DNA from: the human T2T-CHM13v2.0 reference genome, Homo sapiens
Strand: one strand, 5' to 3'
Assembly: GCF_009914755.1 (NCBI RefSeq)
Contig: NC_060932.1
Length of the DNA stretch: 64,000 bases
The notes below the pieces were generated by a model, which was given only the letters and a program-made list of their open reading frames with translations, did not search any database and was not told the DNA's origin. This document shows positions 1 to 11,803 of the stretch, piece by piece. Made by a program: the position numbers and the translations under genes. How positions within the stretch are numbered: the first letter of the stretch is position 1; each line of letters starts with the position of its first letter.

Positions 1-559
1 CTTCTTAAAGAATACAACTTCAGAGAAGCTGTCACCGTGAATCAGGCTAGACTCAACTTGAAGAAACATCCTGGGATCTGAAATGCTTCAAGTGTTTTAT
101 GTGATTGAACCTTTTGTTTGCTGAAAAGGTATCAGAGCACCCAAAGCAGGTTATCGTTTCACAGCATGGCAGAGGATAGGCTAATCCATTTTCTCATGAA
201 CAGTCTGAAATAAGCTAAATATAATTAGCTGTATGACACTTTACAGTAATTCTCAAGTATTTTAGTACCTCTTAAAACATTTTCCTTCAAATTCACATTT
301 AAAATTTGTAATCCAAACTGATAGTTTAAATATTCAAACCTGTTTATGACATACACAGATAAGAATTAAAATAACCTGGAAACTATTTGGTTAAAATCAC
401 TGGTCTAGGTAAGAAAACTGTGTCTACTATTAAACTGGAATTGACTCAATCCATACTCATTTACTACCTGATGCCCTTGAACTGTGAGCCGTGTCACTCT
501 CTCCCTGTCCCATTCATATCAGAAGGCTAAAATAACTTGGACACAGAGTACAGAAAGTG

Positions 560-928
560 TTTGCAGCTTCCCCATCCATGGGTTCAACCAAGAGCAAATC
601 AAAAATATTCCAGGAAGGAAACAATGCCCTAAAAACTATTGAAATAAAAAATTTTAAAAAGCCATAAGAAGAAATAAAGAGCAATAATAAAAAATCAATC
701 CCACAAAAAATGATGCAAATAAAAAACTAATACAGCCTAACAAGTATTTACATAGTATTTACTGTGTATCATAAGTAATCTAGAGATGATTTAAAAGTAT
801 ACATGAGAATATACAGAGGTTATATGCAATTACCATGCCATTTCATACAAAGACTTTGAGCATCCTTGGAATTTGGTATCCAAGGGAGGTCCTGAAACTA
901 ATCCCCTGCAGATACGCGGGGATGATTA
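560..928 (-). mobile_element. MER2 (TcMar-Tigger MITE)
   Basis: Reverse complement matches the recalled MER2 consensus (taagtaatctagagatgatttaaaagtata...ggttatatgca...tttggtatcc...atcccctgcagatac); ends next to TA. Confidence 0.85.
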
Positions 929-1036
929 TACATGTAAAATTCCTCATCCTCTTCTTCCCAATACAGGCTTCTATGACGGGATAACAAAAATGGAAGGGAA
1001 AAAGAAACAACATGTGTTAAATTTATTTTAAAAATT

Positions 1037-1040
<4 letters not shown>

Positions 1041-1072
<32 letters not shown>
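1041..1072. repeat. (AC)16 microsatellite
   Basis: Direct read. Confidence 0.98.
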
Positions 1073-1076
<4 letters not shown>

Positions 1077-1639
1077 CTCAAGTAAGTATGTAGGCAGATA
1101 ATTATTTTCATAGCTACATTCCTATATATTGAATCAATTGAATTATTAAAGAATGATATAAATCAAATAAAGTTCCTAATCAATTTTATTTCAATATAGC
1201 ATAAAATTATAAAAAAGCAATAAAGCATTGTCTATCAAATTGCTTTTGTTAGAATGTCCAATGCTTTTTCATTGAATAAACATGAACAAATATAAACTGT
1301 CAGAATTATTATCAGTAATGTGCTGGAAATAATAATCTGCAGTATTGGGGTTAATAACCTGTGGAAGTGACTGGATTTGGTACCTCATTTCTTGAATCTT
1401 CCCAGCACGTCACCAAGAATGACAACAATTTTAGACATTTTGACTTGAAATTAGGCTTGAAAATAGCTACTCTCTTGGGGTGAGTTAACATTTAATGTTG
1501 GGCAAGTAGAAATGACTGCTGATTTTCATTCTTTATGTTAATTCCATGGGGAGGGTGAGCTAGTAAAACATTTGTGTGAGCTGGTCATTATTTGAAATTT
1601 ATTTACCAAAGTGGCTTACGTAATAATCATCCCCGTGCT

Positions 1640-2100
1640 AAATCAGTCAGTCAACAAGTTTTTATTGAGTCCCCATTGGATTAGAGTAATGTACAGTAAT
1701 GATGTATTCAGTAGTGTACAGATGTATGCAGCAAAGATTAGACATGAGCTCGACCCCCAAGGCCTTACAAGCCATTAGAGGAGACAAACAGACACATATC
1801 ATCAACTGAAATGTAACCAGATGACTTAACTCCCAGGGCATGGAAGAGTAATGGCTGGGCTGGGATTGTTCTGGAGGGTGATGGGATGGGTTAAATGTGG
1901 GAAACTTCCATGATGTAGGTGCCTTGGTCTGGGTTGGGTTGAAGAAAGTTAGTGGCTTGGTAGAGGAGAAAAGCAATTTTGCTTAGTGAATACAGTGTAA
2001 CTTGGACAAAGACTGAAGTAGAGGATGGGAGTCTGTTTATTTTATCTGGAGGTATAGCAAGATGGAGAAACATACAGGTAAGACAGATAATGGATAGAAT
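1640..2100 (-). mobile_element. L2 3' fragment, highly decayed
   Basis: tcagtcagtcaacaagtttttattgag start typical of an antisense L2 3' end, followed by a purine-rich L2-like body. Confidence 0.55.
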
Positions 2101-2189
2101 TATTTGAAACCAAGATTAGCAGGGTTGACACTGGAGGGGTATAAGTCACATACCCAATAAAGCTCCATTTTAGCTTTGTTGGAATCTGA

Positions 2190-2558
2190 TAGACAAAAAA
2201 TTGCACGCTTTTAATGTATATGTCTTGATGAGTTTGGATATAAGCATACCAAACTGTGATACCATTACCTTAACTAAAGCAATAAACATATTCATCATCT
2301 CCAAAAATGTCCTTGTGTTTGTTTGTGTTTCTCTTCTTCCTTTTCTTTGGTAGGAACACTTAACATGAGAGCTATCCTCTTAACATTTTAAAGTTCACAA
2401 TACCATAGTGTTAACTATAGGTACTTGTTGTACAGCCGAACTCTAGGATGTATTCATCTTGCATAACAGAAACTTTATATTCATTGAAAAATTTCCCATT
2501 TCCCCTTTCCCCTTTCCCCTAGTCTTTGGCAAACGCTGTTTTATTCTCAGCTTCTGTG
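2190..2558 (-). mobile_element. L1MA/L1MB 3' UTR fragment
   Basis: ttaacatgagagctatcctcttaaca...gttaactataggtac...attcatcttgcataac are characteristic L1MA-MB 3' UTR motifs. Confidence 0.8.
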
Positions 2559-2582
2559 GTATTCACAGAAGCTATGTGGGTA

Positions 2583-2631
2583 TACCCAGTCTGTGGAATT
2601 CTGTTATGGCAGCAGAAAATGGACTTAGACA
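2583..2631 (+). mobile_element. MaLR (MST/MLT1) LTR 3' terminus only
   Basis: tacccagtctgtggaattctgttatggcagcagaaaatggacttagaca matches the MaLR LTR end. Confidence 0.75.
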
Positions 2632-2779
2632 GATGTCTATCTTTTGTAAACCAGCAATACTCAGTGCATAATTCAGTTTCAGTGAGTATGTTGTCATACT
2701 CACACACAGTATGTACTGTGCATTGGAAGTTGGTGAGGAAGGAGGGCAAAACCACGGGGAAAGAGGCAGAATGCCTGTC

Positions 2780-2905
2780 CTTCCTTACTTTGAAGCTAAA
2801 TATGCCTCTCTGTGGCTTCTACTGGTTGTTCCTAGTTCATTATCTTCAGATTACACAAAACAGGCCTAATCCCTTTCTCTAGATAGCCCTGTAATGTTTG
2901 AAAAG
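2780..2905 (-). mobile_element. CR1/L3 fragment
   Basis: gaagctaaatatgcctctctgtggcttctac...gatagccctgtaatgtttgaa resembles the antisense L3 3' region. Confidence 0.5.
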
Positions 2906-3204
2906 TGTAGGTTTCCCTGAGCCTTCTTTTCTCATGGTGAGCCTTTCTGACACCCTGTCACCCATATTCTCTTCTTAGCTCCTCCCCATCCAGGTTCCCC
3001 TAGTGTTGGGCAGCAAAGGAGGTCAGGACTAACACCATCATGGCTCAGGTAGAGGCTTCTGTAAACAGACTATACTGCACCACCACTCTTGGTGGCCACA
3101 TCTAGTTATTTACTCGTGTTGACCTTAGTGCCACTGAGGACCATTGAGGATTATTGCACACATAAAATTATGTCTCCCCTATTTATAATCACCTATTAAT
3201 GTCA

Positions 3205-3300
3205 CTTATCATTCATTCACTCTCTCCCTCAGTCATTCTACAAACATTTGTTAAGCATTTACTATGCGTGAGGCACTGTCTTAGGTGATGGGGACATCAG
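3205..3300 (-). mobile_element. L2 3' end
   Basis: cattctacaaacatttgttaagcatttactatgcgtgaggcactgtcttaggtgatgggga. Confidence 0.75.
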
Positions 3301-3426
3301 ATCTAGCAGAGTGCCTGACATAAATGTGGGAACTTGTGTTTATCTCTGTTGAATATCATCTTGTTGGATTGGGTTGGGATCACCAATCTTTCTGTCTCTA
3401 TCTCTTTCTTGCTCTCCCTTCTTTTT

Positions 3427-3545
3427 TCTCTCTCTCTCTCTCTCTCTCTCTCGGGTGTGTGCATGTGTGTGATATAGACATAAAGATATAGAGTATGCAT
3501 AGTTTATATATGTATATGTATGTGTGTTTATGCATATATATATAT
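3427..3545. repeat. (TC)n followed by TG/TA low-complexity tract
   Basis: Direct read. Confidence 0.9.
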
Positions 3546-3717
3546 TCTAGTGTTTGTGAAGTTTCCCATTTATGTATTGATGAGTCTAGTTAGGTAGAAG
3601 GAAGAAAGTTTATCATGGAGGTAAATTATGGATTATAATCTTAGACAACATTAAAATCATAACTGTTCCAAGATTCTGGGATAGAGAAAAATAGTGTGTG
3701 TGTGGGAGATGAGGCTG

Positions 3718-3985
3718 GTTAGCATATTTGTGATAAGCATGGGTTTTGGAGTCAGACCTCCTGAGATCGAATGTGGGTTCCATCACTTACCTGCTATGTG
3801 ACTGAGGGCAAAATGCTTAGATTCCCCAAGTTTCAGTGCCATTTGTATACATCCCTGTATACTCAGGAATAATAATAGTTTCTGTTCAAAGGGTTATTGT
3901 GGTAATTAAATGAGTTTATGTGTATAAAGTGGTTAGTATAGTGTCTGAGACATATTAAAGATCAGTAGATGGTAGATAAAATTAT
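3718..3985 (+). mobile_element. MIR (near full length)
   Basis: ttggagtcagacc...cacttacctgctatgtgac...gggttattgtggtaattaaatgag MIR core and tail. Confidence 0.85.
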
Positions 3986-5804
3986 GTAAGAAAAAGAATT
4001 GACTTTCAAGGAAGGAAAATGGGACTCGATGTCAAAGTCCATTGGAGCCAACTTTAGAGGCTATTTGAACTAAAGTTGTACTGGGATTTGACATTGAATG
4101 TTGCTGGGTTTCAGACCGTTCTGAAAAATATTTTTACTGGAGCAAAATGTTGGTTGTGACAAAACTTACTGCCATAGGAGTTGACTTGGATTAGTAAGTA
4201 GTTAAATTAATTGTAAAAAAAAAATCTCTGAATCTCAAATGTGGCTTCTTTACTTACTTTTTACACATTTCACTTTCCACAATAACTCAGAATAGGCGGT
4301 ATAATTTTTCTGTAACATCTGAATGAATTATACTTCTACCATATTAGTTAGTAGCTTTGCATAGCTTGTAGATTATATTTTATTAATTAAAATGGTTTGG
4401 TTTGTTCTTATGTGCCCATGTGAAGGACTTTTAAATAAGTCGTAGGAAAAATAATTACTGGAAAATAACCAGCTGTCTTGTCTTTGACTCAGATGTTTCC
4501 AGCATTGTCGATTTTAGTCTGTTTCAGAGCAGACCAAGAGAGTCTACATTGATGAGTTAAGGATATTGCCAAACTTGGTTTTTAAGGTACTTGGGATATT
4601 ACTTATAATTTCTTAATAAATTCCAGCAGCCCTTTTTGATAATTAGGGAATAAGAAAAGCCCTCAGCAGCATGCCAGTACAGTGGAGTAATGGCCGTTAA
4701 AGACATGAGCTTTGGGACTATTTGAAAACAAATGGTCATTTCACCAGAAAAGTAAAACAAACTGAGCAGTTGTACTCAGCTTTCCTTCTTCGGCTCTGTG
4801 CCATATTTATAGGTCAACTCCAACTAGTCAGTCCTGGTAAGTTTTTTTTTTTTGTCAGCTATACGAGTTTCACCAAGGCAGTGCTTAGCTCTGTTCTCAC
4901 TCCATGCTCTGATAGCAGGTACATGTTTATTTTCTTTATTTGAAGAAAGTGCTCCAATAAAATAAAATTATAAAACAATTAAACAGAATTGAAGCCAGTC
5001 GGCTCCAGTTTATCCTGGATGAAGACTGCAAATAAATGCATGTATAATAGATTTTGCCTTTCTGTTTCGTCTTTTACATTTTAGTGGCATTTTGATTTAA
5101 CACACTTATTTTACATTGATGGTAGCATTGTAGGGAATTTTAAGTTATATATTAGTTCTTCTACCTCATTCAGGGTATAGCTTTCTGACTATTGTATAAA
5201 ATTAACTGTATGATGATTCCTTAAGAAAAAAGGGCTCATTTTCTACCCCTTAAATAATCTACAAGGTGTTAAAATGTGATGAAAATAAAAGAAGAAGGAA
5301 AATACATTTGATAAAATGCCCACTTTTCAGTTGGACAGTTGGAGTGGATTGGTTTGTTTTTGTTGAAAATATGCTAAGTAATGAAATAATAAAGCTTTAA
5401 AGAATTGTTGGTGGGAAAAAAGGCAGGAGAAATAGGAAGCAGGTGGGACTTGGTGTTAGGTTTATGCACCATGCTTGGTGACTTTAGTTTTCTTTTTTCG
5501 TGGGTTGCATTAAATGCTGTTACAATTTTTGGTTAAGTCTAGCTGGTATCAGTTATTTAACTGTTCCCTTTGGCTTCTGAAGAAAAAAGAATGGTAGAAA
5601 GAATGGAACATGAATGTCGTTTGGTCAAAAGATTCAGGTTCCTCTTATGGCAGGACTCCAGACGCTGATACTTATCTTTGGGCAGAAGTCTGGAAAAGGT
5701 GGCTATGAAGAAGTTGAGAACTTAAACTAGGCATGGTTCTTTCAGCAAATTCTCACAGAGGCTTGGGCTCATGAAACAACCAAGAGTAAGAACCTTGAGA
5801 TTGC

Positions 5805-5910
5805 TACCTCTTCATCTTAGAGATGAAGAAACTGAGGCTGCATATGGAAAGGCTGGAGGCTAGAGAGGTGACATGCAGTCACTCATCAAGTCAGGGCAAA
5901 GCCAGTGTTA
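5805..5910 (-). mobile_element. MIR core fragment
   Basis: agatgaagaaactgaggct core motif. Confidence 0.65.
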
Positions 5911-6014
5911 TGATGCATGGCTCTCTTACCATGATGACATTATAGCTGGCATTATAACTGCCATCACAGTAGGGAGCAGGATACCTGCAGAGTTGTAGAG
6001 ACTGATGGTAAAGT

Positions 6015-6200
6015 AGACAAGAGCAAAGATCACTGGGCTGGGCAACAGAAAATCTAGGTCAAACTTGTTTCCCTGAGTCTTTGGACAAGTCACAAATGCT
6101 CTAGATATCAGTTTTCTGATTGACAGATGACTACATAACTGCCCCATTGACCTCAATGGATCAAATGAAATGTGGGTTGTGAAGATGCTATGACAACCAA
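6015..6200 (+). mobile_element. MIR fragment
   Basis: ttggacaagtcac...tcagttttctgat...ggatcaaatgaaat. Confidence 0.65.
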
Positions 6201-6424
6201 AGACAATACATGTGTAGGGCATTACAGAATACCATTGGCCATTCCTTCCCTAACGAATTCTCAACAATTACTCAGAGCTGCGAAAGCATCTTAATTCACT
6301 ACCACCCAACAGAAGACAAGAAAATTATCTGGCAACTCAGATGAACCTGCATCCCACCCACAGTCTTAGTTATGAAATCCTTGAGAAGCTTGCTTTTAAC
6401 TCAGCAAGTTGTAAACATTTATAT

Positions 6425-6895
6425 CATTTATTTATTCGTGAACTCATTTATTGAATAACTGAAGCACAAAAAATAGTAGACATAGTGCCTGCCTTTCCCT
6501 CAAGGGAAAAACAAACATATAAATAAATGTGATTTATATGGCAAGTGTTGTATATTAAGGACTTGGAAAGACTAAGAAAGGAAGTAAAGGGTTATGAGGA
6601 GGTTTTAAGAAAGAAGTGGTCTTGAAGGTTGAGTAATATAGGGACCTGCTAATAAGGTAAAGACATGCGGAGATTTTGACCAAGAGAGGAACCTTAATAA
6701 AGTCATGAGAATGTGACAGTAAGAGGCATGTATGGGAAATGTTGTGCTGTCCAGTGGGACAGAGGGTAGGGAATATGGGGAGACTGTTGAGAAATGGGTC
6801 TACACAGGCAAGTGAGGTCAATCATGAAAGTCCTTGGTTAGTAGCTAGGGAGATTAGTGTTTTTCCAACAGACTTGGGAGGACACTGATATTTAT
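6425..6895 (-). mobile_element. L2 fragment
   Basis: catttatttattc...catttattgaata...gacatagtgcctgcc...cctcaagg plus purine-rich body. Confidence 0.65.
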
Positions 6896-8213
6896 TCTAT
6901 AACAACATTTTTTTTCAGCTAAAAATGAGACAAGCTGATTAATTAAATTTATAAATAATTTGCACAAGTACAAGGAAATGTAAGAAAACTACTAATTCAA
7001 CGATCTGGAACTACAGTTATAACCATTGAGTGAACATTGTTGTGGACTTTTCTCTATGCACACATACAAATAGATTAAAAGAGAAAGATACTTTTTATAA
7101 AAACAGGATTGTTTTCTGGTTCTGGCAATAATTATACAAATACAAATAAAATATATAAATTAATCTGGAAAAAAGATCATTTCTGGTATCATGGCATGCC
7201 AGAAATAGGTTTAAGCAGTAAACTTATGAATGGATGCTGTGATGATTTTGAAAGATATTAGGCTGGATAAAGGGATTAGAGGCTGAGGTTTTAATGCCCA
7301 TGTAGACATGGGAAATATGGCATTGGGCCTGACTGAGGCAGGGAGCTGGAACACAGATCCCTACTTAAACTGGGACCTTGGAGATGAAAAGTTACGTCCT
7401 TGGTAAAAGGAGACTAGCAAACAAAACAAAACAAAACAAAACAACAAAAAAACAACAACTCACTGGCTCAGGTAGTGTGACTAGAAAATTTGTTACTTTT
7501 TGGAACTCTGGATGGGAAAATATGAGAGAAATGAAAACTCCTGGTCACCAAAAATAGATGTAAAGTTGACATTTACATTCTTAATTTAATGCTGGAATAT
7601 GTAAGCTGAGAAACTAACATCAAAACTATTCCAGACAAAAGCAAAAGTTAAATAATTATATAGCAAGACTTTTACACTCCAGGATATGCAGGTATTATGG
7701 GGGAAAATGGAGGGAAACAAGTAAAACCTGTAAATTCCATGGGGAAATAATCTATAATGAGAGTCAGCAGGCTGTATGAGTAGGAAGGCTAGCATTCCCA
7801 CAAACTTGAAATAATAGCACAATCTGTGAAAGACTATACAATAGCCATGCTTCAAATGGTTAAAATGATAAAAGAAGAACTGAAAATCATAAGGAGAGAA
7901 CAATACACTGTGAAGAGATAAATTTGAAGAAAAAAATAGAGCTTCTAGAAATACGGGCATGTCATTGATATCTCCATGAATGAGTTATGTGTTAGATTAT
8001 AAGCAGCTGAAAAACGAATTAGTGAATTGGAAGACAACTGAGAAAATTATGTAGAATGTAGCAGAGAGATAAAGAGATGGAAAAAACTGAAAAAATATTT
8101 ACGAGAAATGAGAGAGAGATTCTGAGATATTGGAGAAGTGGCAATTCTTGAGATAATGGCTTACAATTTTCCAAAACTGATGAAAAATACCAGCTTTTAA
8201 AGAACTATGTACT

Positions 8214-8420
8214 CAGTGGCATGCAGGTAAATATTAACAGCCAGCTCTTCACGATTGAAGAAAGCCCTGATTTATAGTGTTTGTTAATTGCTGTGGTGTA
8301 AATACTGTCATTACGGCTGATTTCAGGTTACCAGTATGACTTCACTGAAATGGGGATTGGGAAGAGATGTGCATAACTGGCTCTCATGAGCCAGTATGAA
8401 CTGACTTCAGAACACAACTG
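8214..8420. mobile_element. MER63A (hAT-Blackjack MITE), full length
   Basis: Termini cagtggcatgc...acacaactg; internal gtggtgtaaatact and gggaagagatg match the recalled consensus; decayed 8-bp flanks tatgtact/catatgct. Confidence 0.85.
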
Positions 8421-8434
8421 CATATGCTAAATGT

Positions 8435-8617
8435 AGTAATTATTCCTCAGAAGAGAATCTGTCTTTTGTGTCTATAAAATATTATCATTGTCATGGATGT
8501 TCTACAGTTTCACTACAATGTGTCAAAAATTGTAGTGAAACTGTAGAACATCCATGACAATGATAATATCTTAATTATAGACACAAAAGACAGATTCTCT
8601 TTTGAGGAATAATTACT
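8435..8617. repeat. Near-perfect inverted repeat (arms 8435-8519 and 8529-8617, 9-nt loop)
   Basis: Manual pairing: 41-bp perfect inner stem, 1x5 internal loop, 43-bp outer stem with one mismatch. Confidence 0.97.
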
Positions 8618-8649
8618 CTGATGGTAGACTTCTCATTGGTTTAAACAAA

Positions 8650-8800
8650 TCAGAGCCAATCCTTGGTACCGAGCATGGGATCAGGGAGCCCAAGCATAGA
8701 AGTCATGTAGAGGAGGGGTGGACATCTAAATGAAAACCTGTTGCTGTTAGGAAGGGGGAAGGAAAATGAATATGAGGTGAAAAACCTAGCTGTATCTATA
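8650..8800 (-). mobile_element. Old MLT1 LTR fragment
   Basis: tgctgttaggaagggggaaggaaaatgaatatg...tgtatctata resembles old MLT1 ends. Confidence 0.4.
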
Positions 8801-8809
8801 ATATGGTAT

Positions 8810-9029
8810 ATATTTTTCAATCAGAAGATTCAGGCTTTTCTTCATTTCGGAGAAATTTTTTCCTTCTCGTCATCTTTGAATGACTTTTATATTCCATGTA
8901 TTTGATTCTATACCTAAGGGAGACCAAAAACTTGTCCTTATTCTAGGCTGTCCATGTCATTCTTCTATATTTTCCTCTTATTTTAATCTCTGCCTTTTTT
9001 TCTATGCATTTGCTAAGATTGTTCAAGTC

Positions 9030-9075
<46 letters not shown>

Positions 9076-9300
9076 GGGCAGGGGAGAGGATAATCATTTA
9101 CTTTTCAGCTGAATTAGTCTTCAGTTTGTTTTCTTAGTTTTTTAGCTTCCCTTTTCATCTCATTTACCTTGTTTTTTGAATAACATCCCTATGAAATTAT
9201 TATATATATTGAAGTGCTCATGGGGAACACTCTTCTATTCCACGGTATGTAGAATGACATTTGTTTAATTTGGTCTCTACCTCTGGGTAAATGTTACTGA
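8810..9300 (-). mobile_element. Ancient L1M fragment, antisense
   Basis: ttcttcatttcggagaaattttttcc...tctttgaa, T-rich antisense L1 ORF1-like text. Confidence 0.45.
9032..9074. repeat. (TG)21 microsatellite
   Basis: Direct read. Confidence 0.98.
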
Positions 9301-9712
9301 TTTACAGAAGTTACTGATATGGAGAAGGGAGACAACTAGTGATATAAATGAAAGTTCCTGGATGGAGGTGCACTTTCATTTTGTTAGTTGTGGGATAAGG
9401 AGACTTCCAGCTTTGAGTAGTCCCCTTAGGTGTGTATTGCCTTCTCTTTCCCCAACCCTCATCCTCTCTTGCCTAACTGCCATAGACTGTGACTGACATC
9501 TCCACTCTGCACAGAAAAGAGTATTAGGTTCTAATAAATTGCTTCCATAAATTTGGTAGCATAAATTTGACAGGACTTTAGGAAGTTAATTGACTGGAAG
9601 CGGGTAGGCTTCCTTGAGCCTGAGAATATGGTTTCCTCTCATCCTCCTGGATATGACCTGAATTTACTTGATGTCCAGCAGGTTCTAGACATGCAGCCTT
9701 TGCAGCAGGGGG

Positions 9713-10195
9713 TGAATTGGTCAGGACTCTTTTTTAAAAGTAGCAGAAATCCAATCTGAGTTAGTATAAACAAAGCAAAATATAAAAGAGAGATGCTCTA
9801 GCTTATGTGCTGAAATGATGGGGTGAGCAGAGGAACTGGTCTCTTGAATGATGAGGTCCAGGAAATGGCACCTCAGGGCTTCCTTGTCACCTCTCATTTC
9901 TACTTCTCTCTACCTTCTAGCTGTCTTCTCTCCAGCTGACTGGTTCCATGACACTCCAGGAGCCCAGGATGTTATGTTCTTATAGTCTACTGACCAGAGA
10001 GGAAAGAAAGCTCTTTCCCTCCAGACCTCGTGAGAAAACCCAGAGGAAGATTCTGATTGGCTCCTACTGATGATGTGTCCAGCTGTGGGTGGGATTCTGG
10101 GATAGTAAATTGGCAGCTTTCATCAGAAATAGGTGTTCTCTAAAAAAGCAAGGGAGGAGGTGATAGTCTGAGCACATAAAATAACACATTTTCAC
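9713..10195 (-). mobile_element. MLT1 (K/L-type) LTR
   Basis: ggtcaggactcttt...gcagaaatccaatctgagttag...aagattctgattggctc. Confidence 0.65.
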
Positions 10196-11164
10196 TGAGG
10201 GGAGGAATAAAAGCCTCCATATGCTTTGCAGGAACTAAATTCACCCCTGCTGAGCTGTCAGGGGATATGACCCTTCATTCACATCCAAGTATATGAGTGC
10301 CATTTGATGCCTTTACCATGCTCCTCTTCACCAAGCCCAGAAAAATGGCACTTGTTGATTTTCTAACCTCAAATAAAAATGAACCCCAGGATGTTTCCAG
10401 GTTCAATTTAATTCCGACCAGTTGTCACTTCCTCAGCCGAGGAACTGGTATGGAAATAGGTATTCGGCATCTGCTGCTTTGTGTTATGGCTAATGCATGA
10501 GAGAGACACTTTTCCAGAACCAAAGAATCCCAGTTACACTGCTGAGGATGAAGAAAGACTGCAGGGGACCAACTGGTTTTTGTTTGGACCACGATTAAGA
10601 GAAGGTTCAGTTGTTCTAGTGCTTTTAAAATCAGCTTTGCTCCAAAGCACTTGGGTTATGTATTTGCCATCTTGCAGAAAGACTCAGCATTTGAGATGTA
10701 AGCCAAATGCTTTTAGCCCACTTATAAAAGACACTGCTGCCCTGGGCCCTGCTGGCTGCAGGAGCTGACTGGGCTGGAAGCCAGCTCTGAGACTGACTAT
10801 GATAGTGCATGCCATTTAATACGAATGGGAGAATGGTGACGTGGTTTAGCTTAGGAGCCATGCTAATTGTTTACTGGATACATTTTACACAGCCCAGGCC
10901 ATTTATTTTAGCCAAATTTCTCTCATTATTACATAATAAAACCTGACATTTAAAAAAGCACATTTACTTATTTATTGAAAAAGCTAGTATGCAGCATATC
11001 CTTCTTCTAGGTTCATATACTAAAAATCAATGTCCTGGGGAAAGAAAGTAACAAAATTATAAAGTCTATAGATGGGACAATTAGAAGTGACCTGATTTCA
11101 GTGACTTTAAGTTTTATGAGGGAAGAAACTGCTGTCTTGTTCGTTTAATTATTATTTTTTAATT

Positions 11165-11250
11165 TTATATCTAGTGTTAAGCACAATGCCTGGCATGTTG
11201 TAGGGAGTCATTAAATCTTCATTTAATTAATGAATAAGTAAATGAACACA
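11165..11250 (+). mobile_element. L2 3' end
   Basis: agcacaatgcctggcatgttgtagg...aatgaataagtaaatgaa. Confidence 0.8.
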
Positions 11251-11630
11251 TAAAACATTTAGGAGCAAGAACTGACCAAAGATTCAAATGAAGATTCAGA
11301 TAAAACCAAGTCTAAATATGTGCTTGCATACAATGTTGGATGGTCACATGAGAACAAAATCTATCTAGTTTTCTGTCTACCCTGTTTTATCTGGAATAGG
11401 AAGTAGAAACTCCAAACCCTCATACAAGTGGATTGTCCTTGCAAGATGTCTGTCTTACCAGAAGTTTCCAGAAATTGTATAAGCCCAGCTTGCCAACTTT
11501 CTATCTATAGTTTCTTAGCCAAAGTATTTCAAGATAAATTTAGTTAGATTTTTAGTCAAACACATGACCTAAGTGGCTATATGTAAAGAGTAACTGAGAA
11601 TCCTCACCTCAGCTTTGGTATTTATGGAGT

Positions 11631-11803
11631 TAGGACCAGGTACATACTTTGTGGGGCCTAGTGTAAGATGAAAATGTGGAGCTCTTTTAAAAAAATATTA
11701 AGAATTTCAAGACAGCAAGAGTAGAACAGTAAACCAAGTGCAGGCCCTTCTAAGCATGGGACCAGCAGGACTGTATAGGAGACATGCCCACAGGATCAAC
11801 CCT
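11631..11803. mobile_element. MER45A (hAT-Tip100 MITE)
   Basis: tttgtggggcctagtgtaagatgaaaatgtgg...tattaagaatttcaagacagc...taaaccaag match the recalled consensus. Confidence 0.8.

Larger units (their letters stand above)
7110..8636 (+). mobile_element. Ancient L1M 5' region / ORF1 relic, interrupted by MER63A and an inverted duplication
   Basis: gaattagtgaattggaagaca...aatgtagcagagagataaagagatggaaa...aattttccaaaactgatgaaa and attgtagtgaaactgtagaaca...agacttctca are L1 ORF1-type segments. Confidence 0.7.
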
